Shown here: positions 53,468-64,000 of the stretch, one piece after another
Numbering within the stretch: the stretch's first letter is position 1
Layout of the letters: every line of letters begins with the position of its first letter
Source of the DNA: Tubulanus polymorphus
Lineage: Eukaryota > Animalia > Nemertea
Length of the DNA stretch: 64,000 nucleotides
NCBI RefSeq assembly: GCF_964204645.1
Contig: NC_134026.1
Location: 18,324,150-18,388,149, forward strand
Reading direction: 5' to 3'
Translations under genes and position numbers: made by a program
Notes under the pieces: model-generated
What the model was told of the DNA's origin: nothing
The model's database searches: none
The model's input: the letters and a program-made list of their open reading frames with translations, nothing else

Positions 53468-55012
53468 TCGGTTGTTTTTATCGCTCGGCGCGTTAGCTAG
53501 TGTCAGATAATGATACTCGAAGCAAATGTCGAAGGCTTACGTGATATAATGTGTTTGCCAAGTTGTATGGAATGAGTAAACCTCATTGTATAATGCTGAA
53601 GTGCATAAAACTTTTAGTCTTTCAAATTTAACTCATCCATCCTGAAAATATTCCCTGTTTAATCCTCTTTTAACTGCCTCATCCTTAACCCTTACTGGTT
53701 CTTCCATTGTTTCCACTTCTATTCGTGTGTGCAACAGTAGTTTGACTTTCGAGGTATTTTCCCAGCGATATTTGACCCTCTTTTTTACATTCGCACATAT
53801 TTTTGTGTTGTGCAGCATTCTAATATTTGAATTAAGTATGGATAACTTCGTACATACCAGGGTACCAAAATATTTTGCAACTTTTATGTTAAAATGTGTA
53901 CGGTACAAATGAGGTTTAAAAGAATATCACAAATGGAACGTAAATACATAGCACTGAATTTGATAGGAAAAACATGATTGGTGTTTGATATGTATATATA
54001 TAGATTAATTCTCTAGGGGCTTCATCATAAGAAACATGGTTGCGCTGAGGCAAGATGGTCATTGCGTAACTGTTTTTGTGCCAAAAACGTAATTTTTGGT
54101 CTGGATTCGGAGGCTTATTGCTTCTAGTTTGTCTTATTTCAATAAAATTAGCAATTGGCATGATTAACATATCAAACAGATTTTTCAATCAGTCAATTGT
54201 TGTACAATCGCTGGCCATCTGTTGATTAATATCAAAGTGGGCATGATGTCCCTGGACAGAAATATCATGAAGTGTTTATTTTGAAATTGTCCCATATCGC
54301 TAGGACTAGATTCTTGAAATCCGCAACCATATGGCCTGACTATAGCATGCTATAGCTGAACTATAGTATGCTTAATATGTGAACCTCAGCACATACAGTC
54401 AAAGCTTGTTATACTGCCATCCGTTATACAGCCAAATTCACCTATCGCCAACAATTTCCTTGTGCACAGTTCATTTAGTATCTATAAGTATGAAAATAAC
54501 TCTCGTCAGACCACCTCTCACCATCAGCCTTAATGCCAACGAAATCATGGAACGGTCCTATTCAAACTAATAGAAAAAACGTTCGTTATACCGCCAATTA
54601 TCTTTCGTCAATGACGTTTCCAGTCCTTTGGCTAGGATCGGTACATGTGGTCGGAAAGATTACACATTATCTAAATGAAATGAGCTAAGACATTTACCCT
54701 CGCCTAAATTAAGATCAACTCATGTTAAATAATGTCTAATTTTGGATTTGGTTAATAGTCATGTCTTTTATACTATGTCAACTCTCATGATCGCCATTTC
54801 GTTATACCGCCACATTCTTTATACCGCCAAAATTTTGACTGTCCCGGGGCTGGCGTTATAACGAGCTTTAACTGTAACTCATTAAATCATTTCTCGTCAA
54901 TAAGGGTCACAAGTTACCATCACCATGGACTATTTCAGTGTGACGTGCAAGTTGCACAATATCTTGCTATAGTAGTTATAATGTCATGTTTAGATATGCT
55001 TCATACATGATA

Positions 55013-55066
55013 GCAGCGCCGTCAGAACGGGGGCGGCTGAAGCCGCCCCCGTTCTGACGGTGCTGC
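55013..55066. repeat. GC-rich near-perfect palindrome (26-bp stem), probably a collapsed hAT-type MITE
   Basis: GCAGCGCCGTCAGAACGGGGGCGGCT-GA-AGCCGCCCCCGTTCTGACGGTGCTGC; resembles the ends of the element at 58001-58276. Confidence 0.75.
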
Positions 55067-58000
55067 AAAAAACCAAAAATTGCTCAACAAAAAATTTTTA
55101 ATGCTTTTTACAAAAGCACGCTGTACCACGTAGCAGCTCGTCGTTTTCTGTACTATGTGGTTGGCTCATGGGCTCAAAACGCATCTCTGGCGATTGAATT
55201 TTCAAAATTTTTCTGGGCAACCCCCGTTCAGAAATAGGCCTCGCCACTGAAAATCCCTTCCGATGGCTCTGGATAGTCGTCTTATGATATAAGTATGACA
55301 CTTTACTTGGCGTAGATATTGAATGCAACCAATTCTATGAAAAAATATTTTATAAATAAGTATCTTATAGATAAATATCTCTCATACGCTGTTCAATCAA
55401 ATGGATAAACCACAATTTGTGGAGCTATTGAGCTGATGATCCAAATATATGATGAAATTTATTTTTCACATAAGATAAAATAAGTTTCCCATACTCATGT
55501 ACCTCATTTTGTTTTTAACAATATTATATATAATGGGTAAATCAGATAGGGGGTCATTCATTTATTATGTACGCATAAGGATAGGGGGAGGGGTCAGTGC
55601 AATTGCGTACTGTAATGCTAAATGTATATGAAAAATATGGCCGATTTTGCGTACAGAGGGGGAGGGAGGTTGGAAAATTCAAATTTTATGTGTACGTAAT
55701 AAATGAATGACCCCAAGATAAACAGAGAAATATTAACTCAGTGGGAATAAACATTAAGTCCATTGTATATGATAGTATGATAAATTTACATGCATTTACA
55801 ATGATAGGCCCTATGAGAGGAAGGGGTCTATCATCAGACACACTTTCCCCAAACCACATTTTGTGAGGCTTTTCAAGCCCACATTTTGTCGTAGTCCCAG
55901 CGGGCTATAGCATTCACTTTACGTCTATCCGTCTGCGTGTCCATCTATGGTGCCTACTGATGCTACTATTTTTACTTGCGTAACTCAAATGAAAGAAAGA
56001 GGATTAATTGATTACAAAACTTTCGTTTTTATGCACAAATATTGGACATGTCTGTTTAACTTGCTTCTATTATATACTTGAGGACATTTAGTTTTCATTT
56101 TTCTAAAGATTGCTCAATATATCAATATATCAATTTAGCTCTTGTCTTGATGGCCATAATAAATAAGTAATAGATCTTGCACTAGTTATTTATTGTCCAT
56201 GGATCTGTCTGTCTAAAATCTATTATATGGATAAATAAGAGCTGTGTCACCCCCTTGAAGTCGACTACACGTATTGATGTTATTGCATATCTTGTAGGAA
56301 CGTTTATATCCCACATTTTATTTGTTTCCAATAAATCTCTTCAGTTTACCTAGGGGCGAATTTTGAGGGGCTGACTTCGACTGGAGCACAAAGAAATGAA
56401 AAGGGCAAATATATACTGAAAAAGAACGAGTGTCTACACAGAGCAATTGCGAAGCCAAAACATTGTTCTGGAAAATTGTGAACTTTCATTGTATTTTGAT
56501 GCTATTTCCAAGGCACTTCAGTGACATTGAAGAGGACATAAGCTAAGTCTTTGGCAATGGAATACTACTCTTTGATAATATTAACAGAAAAATTGCCCTG
56601 ATAAAACATAGCTGTTGTTTTTGAACAGGCATGGGAAAATTGCGACGGAACGACGTGCTTGTGATCTCATCTGGATCCACCCCTGTTACCTATAACACAT
56701 CATGGTACATGTATATATTGTATCTAAATGAATCGCAGTAGATATATTATCCAAATGAACAGAATAAGTACATACACTTAACCTTAGCTCCAGTCATAAC
56801 TTTGACATCTTTCCCTGGGTATCATTCTTTTTGATTGCCAGCTAATGAATAAAATCATGCCGTAAGTTGGCGGGAAAGTCTAGAAAAAATAAATTCCAGT
56901 ATACCATCCAAGTGGGCAGAGAGACAATGATCACAAACAAAAATTATACTAAAGAAGTATCCAGTTTTATTTGTTTTCTTCAATATTTTCTTTTTTGTGA
57001 TCATCTATAAGTTTACCGATGCGGTTGCACTATGACTTGAGGGGACTTCTTTTAAGCTGATATGAGGGGTAAAAAATGTTTTCAATATATCGTTAAACGA
57101 TGATGTGCTTATACTGTATTATGTTTATCATATAGATATCGCCAGTACGATATAAGCTTAGTCGACTGTAGTGTAATATGGTTGCAGAAGTTACATACTC
57201 TTAACCCTTTCAGTGCTCTTCACTGCAGGACAGTGTATAAATCAGTGATGGACTGTGCTAGAACTCCAACGTTATTAGTGATTAATTTTCATCTCTATTG
57301 AAAGATTGCAGCACCTCTCAAACACTTGTTAAATATTTGTAACTAACCGTACACCTCATAGCGATGTAGACGCATTACGGCAGTATACCTATTATTTAAT
57401 GCACCGAGGTGGAATTTTTCAAAAACTTTCAGATTTTCTCCAGCACTAGGGTATTGATTAGTCAGCAATGGAAGGGTTAGACAGTGCATAAGTACTGTGA
57501 CCAATCACGCTTGTGCAACTTCTCTTGTGAATGGCTCTATTTTAATCGGTGAAGCAGTGGCTTCGTGTCCTACTGCAGGTCAAACCTACTTAGCTCATGA
57601 CTTGAATGAATCATTTTGCAGTTGTAATTAACCTGTTGTAAAAAATATTGATAAATCTGATCTTATACTCGGCATACTAGAAACAGGTTGGATCATCAAC
57701 AGCAATTTTGTATTAATCATTAAAAAATTCTTTTGAAAAGTAGTGTTGTGAAAAAATGTATCTTGGTAATGTAATTTTTGGACTCTATTAAAATTGATGT
57801 GTTGAAAAAAAAAAAGAATTCTGCTTTTCACGTTCTTCATTTTGAACTAGCTCATTACCATTTGTTAGCCATTTTGTATTTTGTAATTTCCTGGCTTCCC
57901 ATGGGTAAACAGTAGAAGCGAATTTATTGAAGCGTTTATGGTCTGTACTTGCCAAATTTATTTGACGATGATTGCTCATAGCCGTAGTGCCAGGACTGCG

Positions 58001-58276
58001 CAGGGCCGTCGGAAGGAAAATTTTGGTGGGGCGGCTATTGTTTATATTGATGATCTGATTGCCGAGCAGCTGTATTTCAAAAGGGTCTAGGGGTCCTCCC
58101 CCAATTTTTTTTTTTTGATTTTCCCAAGCTCTGAGATTGATTCTTAGGGATTCTGGCTATGAAAATCATGATATTATTCATTACGAGAGGACAGAACATT
58201 AAAAAAAATATTTTTAGTTCAGTCACAAAGTGGGGCGGCTGTGGCCGCCCCTGCCGCCCCCGTTCCGACGGCCCTG
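58001..58276. mobile_element. hAT-like MITE
   Basis: TIR CAGGGCCGTCGGAA / TTCCGACGGCCCTG; no clear TSD. Confidence 0.6.
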
Positions 58277-58724
58277 CTGCTAACCGCTAACCGAATGTAA
58301 ACCGCTTTAGACAACCGGTATAGAATTTTTAAATTTTCTTAGCCACAAATGACCCTGCAGAACATTGATTACAATATTGAAACATAAAAACACAATCCGC
58401 TGTCCCAGATAAAAAATACTCCTTGCTAAAATTCTATTCAATTCAGTAGTTCTTCATGATAAAAGAAAAGATGGTGTATAAAATGTATACATAACAATGA
58501 GAGAAAATCAACATTAATGCAAGTTACTCAATTGAATGATACATTCAACCCCCATACCGTTTACCGCCAGGTTTTCTCAATGTACATCTCAATACATATA
58601 CATAGTAAAACACCCTCGATATACCGCCATACGCTCTCCTCGATATACCGCCATACGCTCTATACTGCCAAAATCGTTCTGCAAAATTGTATATCGGGGG
58701 CGACTGTATTTACATGTACGGAGA

Positions 58725-59301
58725 GGTAACGGGTAAAAATACCCCCGGTAAATATTCCCCCTGTAAAAATCCCCCATCATGGGGGATTTTTACCTATGAT
58801 AGGTAAAAATCCCCCAGATTTGATTTCACAGCAATATTCAACAAAATACTTCAATATTCTTATGTTGAAAAACTTATAGTAGTTTTCATCCTCGCTTGCC
58901 AGGGGTCCAGTATCACTCCCGAACTCGCTTCCACCAGCGGAACAGCTTTAGCGTAGTGGGTTCGAATCCCTTGACGGGTGAAGATGAGTAGATTTCAAAA
59001 ATTTCAGATTTTCCGTGATGTTTTTCACAATAATCACCTTGGATAATCAATGACTTTGACCAAGCGACGTGCATAAAAATGACATTATTCTGTGACTTTT
59101 AGCTAGTAAAATGCATAAAAATGATATTATCGTATTTCTGAAAATTTCTATGACGAAATCTAGTTCAAAAGTAATAGCAAAATATCTGTGTACCCTATCT
59201 ATGTACTAAGTATTATTGTAAAAAGTATTATCTGTTTTCATTTAGGTTTTTTACTTAAATTTGATAGAAAACTGAAATAGGGGGGATTTTTACCTTGATT
59301 C
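58725..59301. mobile_element. MULE-like element, second copy
   Basis: TSD GTACGGAGA/GTACTGAGA (8/9); reverse-complement homolog of 12053-12494 with an extra ~110 bp. Confidence 0.8.
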
Positions 59302-59339
59302 GTACTGAGAAGGTGGATATGGGATAAGGTATGCAAGGC

Positions 59340-60240
59340 TTTGAACCCAACATTTTTAGCTTATAAATGGGAAGAAAGTAGTATCTTGGATTGGTCTTCC
59401 TTGTTGAGACTTCCAGGTCGGGAATATTTTACAAATATCTGAGTTCATATTCCTCGGATTTTTCCATTCAGAGCACAACATCATAAAATGAAATACAGTT
59501 TGAATTTCCCTACATACAGCGCAAAGTCTATGCTCTGGGGTTTTTTTCATATGCCCTTAAACTGAGAGTATGCAAATAGGGGAACCTTTGAATATTGGGA
59601 AAATGAAAACATTTGATCCTTTGAGATAGCCAGATCGGACCTTGCAGTTCGATGCGTTTGCCGAGTCTCTGGATTGATATTTTTTATCTACTTGGGGACC
59701 TTTTATCCAATATGGGTAAATTCGTCGACTGGGAGCAACTGAAATATGATGTCATGGGGAGTTGAAACTTTGTATTTTGCTCTCAACATAAATAAATTGT
59801 TTTTTGTTCGTAATTCCGATGTGAAGAAGGTAAAACAGCTCACTCTCCACCATTCTGGTGAAACCAAGTGTTGACTAAATAGACAGATAGATGGCGTCTA
59901 GATGAGTTCAAACAGTGTTGACCAGGATATCCTAACATGAAAATGCTGTGTAAAGTAAAACAATTGGACAATTTATCAAAGAGGCATCCTTAAGATTAAA
60001 GAATGAACAATCAAGGCTCAAAATAGATTGACACACCAAGGGTAATGGACCAATATTTAGGCCCAGGGGATCAAGGGCATACAATGGTAGCACGGATGAG
60101 ATGGGTTATAATCATTGCACTATCCGTGGTAAGAAAATTTGGAAAATAAGCCCATGCACTTGCAATTTCCAAGCATGTGAGCTTCTTTCAAACATGAAAA
60201 CCACATCCATATTTCTAGCAAATTTTTCGCAATAAATATA
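59340..60240 (-). mobile_element. Decayed non-LTR retrotransposon (LINE) ORF2 C-terminal remnant
   Basis: GHMKKTPEHRLCAVCREIQTVFHFMMLCSEWKNPR resembles the C-terminal CxxC...HF..C knuckle downstream of LINE reverse transcriptases; upstream sequence has stops and frameshifts. Confidence 0.55.
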
Positions 60241-62099
60241 TGGAATGAAATTCCAAATATTGAAATTCAAAATCTAATTTTATTTTACATCATGATTAAA
60301 TTATTGCTACATGTATTAACAAGAACGAATAAAACTAGACTGGGAGAGGTTTTTACACTGCAGTTAGTTTCCCATACAGCTGTCAAAGGTGAACACATTC
60401 CACAGTAACTTCCATCGGCAGGATGATTCTGTTAAACCACCCCATCAAAATCAATTGATCATGTTCGATTTGACGTAAACTCTTTTTATAAATCTGAATG
60501 AAAAGAACTGAACCTTTTAGAGGTAAAAGTGCCGTAAAAATGCTGTAAAAATTTGCTTTTTGTTTAAGCCAAATTATAGAGAGTAGAATCATAAATTTTG
60601 AAATTATTAAGTGTCCTTTTACTTTCTGACAGTGTCCATTTACTTAATGTGCATGTGTTTTTCTTTTTTATTTGTTTCTAAATTTTGAACAGCCCTATTC
60701 AAATCCCGGGCTGGGCCTATGTTCTGACTGCATCAGTTTTGATAGGGATGTGCCGCTATCCTAAGTACATGTAGAATCACGAGTAGAGTCAACTCGCTGC
60801 TAAACGCCGCTCGAACTTCACGGCTCGTTTGTCGAAATCCTCTGGATAGTGTCGGCGGTGTTTATTTTATATGAAATAACCCCCACTCTAAATCCTGGTT
60901 GGGCCTGCTACCCCTGTTAAAACTGTTTGATACTGAAAACCTAAATTAGAAAAACCTAAGTTAGAAAAGAATTATCAAAGTTGCATCCACTTCTATCAGT
61001 GCTGAGTAACAAGTGGATTCGAGTCCTGCTGGCTGCTTCCAGTGTGCGGGCAACACTTCAAAGGCCGTCGTCTCGTGAATCCATGTGGGTTAGTCTTTGG
61101 AAACCAAGATCCAAGTGACGTAGAGAAAAATTAAGGTGACGGACTGTGGATTCCAGGTCGTCTAGATGCAAGACCAAAGTAAATCGCGGATTTTTGTTAT
61201 TCCCGGAAGACTCGGATGACTTGTAAAACCATGAAATGTACGTAATGATAGTCGAAACGTATAGAATAAACTCTAGCTCCAGGAAACATCTTCACACTGT
61301 ACTTTTGAATATCATTTTTTTCGGTTATTGTGGGCGATTTTCTACATGATCGTCGATCCGATCAAAACCGTTTGCGGTACCGTACCGAGTCCTAAATATT
61401 CGAAAAAAAATACATTTCATAATGAAATGGTACCGGGTATCGGATTCTTCCTAGGTTACAGATTTGGTATTAAGTCGTTCATTTCGGGGGATATTTCAAG
61501 TCCCGTTTCATTTCACTTAAACAACGGACCTTTGTCCGCCTTAAGTCGCTCCCAATACAGCTTAAGCATCTCTTCTAGGCTTCTGGTGCCCTGTTTAAAA
61601 TTGATCTTAATCTTATGAATAAGACGATGTATATTTTACAAAATGAGATCTCTGTAATAAGGTGCCCCGGCCAAAACTTAACTTCTGATAATATTATTGT
61701 GTCCTAATTCTCCATAAACCAGTAGCGGATTTGGTGTTGCGCGTTTCATTAGGTATTTCCAGAACATATAGGTGTATTTTCTCTATCGCATCTAGGTTCG
61801 AGCAACCCCATAATATTTTACTACCAAAATCAAGGATCGAGATCCCACCGGCATAAAAATTATAATGCTATTGTATAGGGCCATTGCTGTGACTATTTTT
61901 AAGAACAACTTAACTTATTAACTTAACTGTAATCAACTGACATAAAATTACCCTGTCTGTAATTCCCCTTGAGTGACTACCATAGATCTTATTCAGAATC
62001 ATTCGCGAACTACTCATTCTTTGTGTTTTGTTTGTCTTAGTTACGAGAGTAGCCTTTAACAAGAAAAAGTCACGCTATTATTAATTGGCATATTATCAT

Positions 62100-62245
62100 T
62101 ACTAAACCCCGTTCACACGGCCTGTCAAACCGATTGCCGAAGTGCATAGAGTGTGACATCACCAGTGCTCGTGACGTCATCAATCGTCGAGTTTTACTTC
62201 CGCATTGGCCGCTGGGAACGCTGGGAGATTTTGTTGGGGCAAGAA
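62100..62245 (+). promoter_or_regulatory. CpG-rich promoter/5'UTR of the UGCG-like gene
   Basis: Full CRE palindrome TGACGTCA at 62172, ETS-like ACTTCCG at ~62196 and ATTGG (reverse CCAAT) at ~62204, just upstream of the ATG. Confidence 0.5.
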
Positions 62246-62343
62246 ATGGCACCGGTCGATGTGGCGTTACACTGTTTAGCGATAATATCTTTACTTTTTT
62301 GGATATCCTTGTTTTTGATTCATATCGTCGCGATCACGTACGG
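62246..62343 (+). CDS. UGCG: Ceramide glucosyltransferase (UGCG-like), first coding exon (N-terminal membrane anchor); remainder outside the window
   Basis: MAPVDVALHCLAIISLLFWISLFLIHIVAITY(G) aligns without gaps to the recalled human [33 protein letters not shown]; good start context (gaaATGG); donor GG|GTAGGT. Confidence 0.72.
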
Positions 62344-64000
62344 GTAGGTGAAACTTTCCTTTAGCTGGAGGTGTCCTTTTTCGGCACGTATCCAGCGCGA
62401 GACATGAGTAATATTCACCCTGAAAATGAAATGTCTCATTGTCTGTCTGTCAGTATTTCAATTTTCCTCGCTCAGATCAGAACAATATATATGTAGTGAT
62501 AGTAATCAATTAAGTAATAATATTAGTAATTGATAATGATGATATATAATGATAGTAATGTATATAATAGTAATTAATGATGATTAGGGAACTAAACCTA
62601 ACCCTAATCCTAACCACTAGTCCCCCCTGCTATTCTTGAATCTTACCGGTGAAGTATTCAAAAATATCTCTTTTTATGGTTCGATTTATGTTAAGGCCAA
62701 CAAGGGTCAGTAGGTACCGGTTCCACTCTAAAATGAGTCCAGGCCTACTTCTTCAGTTCATCCATGCCGTACACAGATCTCTTACCAGCAGGTGGTGGAA
62801 ATGGAAGAAGATGGCCAGGGCACTGACTACTGTATTAAGTGCAGGGGTTTGTCATATAAAACTGGCGGTCTAAAATCTAATATCTGCAACAGTATCCTAT
62901 TCCTAGCCTAAGTACTAGGCCTATAATAAATAATGGTAGAACAACAGGAAAGGCCTATTTAGTAGTCAGCAGGCCTACAACTAATCAGTTACACCCTGGG
63001 TATCCAAATCAAGGCATTGCATATCAGGAGCAGTAAGTTGCTTGGTAGACTGGATATTCCGAGTCCACTTTGTCTAGAGTTAAGTCTAGGCCTATATTAC
63101 TGCGACACGAAAATGGGCTGCAGGCTTCACTCGATATGTCTGAGCATGTTGTACTTCGCTCAATATGTCTGATCCCTATCCTTGAATTTGAATGGAGAGT
63201 GTTATGTATGTTCATATGTTCTACCTATGGACCATGCATGATCTTATTGCGGTTGTACGCTTCTATAATATTGAAAAGGGTTTTGTTTCCCACCTGAAAT
63301 CTTGTTTGGACTAATAGCCTGCCTACTGGCAAAGTGCTCGGCCTTAGGCAGTAGAAAAGGCCAAAATTCGTTAGTTCTGTTATCATGAATTTTCAGTTAG
63401 CCTACTTAGGGGGCCTAGTTTTATGTGTCCATAAAACCACTGGCTACTACTGGTTATTGGCACAACAATAATAATCAGGCCTATTTTTAGATAATGGGAC
63501 AAAATGGTTAGCAACATTTCCCCTGCCTACACATGGTTAGATTAAATAGCCTTAATTAACAATTATATAGGCTTGCCTAATTGGCCTCTATTTACTACCC
63601 TACAACCTGTTACTAGACATTACAAAAACAAACATATTTGTAGGTCGTGGAATGTGATTTAATGGTTTTGATGCCATTTCCTGGCATAAAAATCAGAGGA
63701 ATTGATGATTTGATGACCCATGCAATAACTAGGCCTACCTGTAAGCGAGTGTGGCTGTTGGCCTACAACAAGAATGGCAAAGCAGTTGTACTGGAAACAG
63801 GAAAATTAACTTGAAAATTTATTGATGCCTTGAAAAATAACACATTTAAGCCTATTGCTTAATACCTGTCAACTAGTCTAGCCCCGATATATTGCTGACG
63901 TAGTGCACAACCTCAAAAATAATTATAAAAATTTATCAAAAATTTAAGGAGATTATTATTGGACACCAACCAAGCACCAAGCTTTTTGGAGTTTGGGGAA

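Overview
AT-rich (~35% GC by eye), intron-rich animal genomic DNA. It is probably a marine invertebrate, a guess from the repeat families only. Four protein-coding genes can be reconstructed from splice sites and recalled homology: (1) the 3' part of exportin-7 (XPO7, + strand, 10 exons, 1-12958), including a U12-type minor intron; (2) a complete FBXO41/ZNF365-like gene (- strand, 15 coding exons, 36929-22561, ~894 aa); (3) single-coding-exon BLCAP (+, 53222-53467); (4) the first coding exon of a glucosylceramide synthase (UGCG-like, +, 62246-62343). Non-coding DNA is dense with non-autonomous DNA transposons identified by TIRs and target-site duplications: a P-like foldback element, AcademH-like, MULE-like, Tc1/pogo, Harbinger, piggyBac, and Helentron-type elements carrying 154-bp tandem arrays. 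These include a multi-level nest at 42.6-49.5 kb. There is also a tRNA-Thr-derived SINE, a LINE remnant and a ~400-bp (AT)n tract. The most intriguing signals are: strongly over-represented, spatially segregated TA-flanked palindromes (TACATGTA in gene bodies, TAGGCCTA near 5' ends) that resemble transposon excision footprints; a 3'UTR segment complementary to the BLCAP start region that is A-to-I edited in mammals; and the minor intron in XPO7. All homologies are from memory and all counts are manual; no searches were run.
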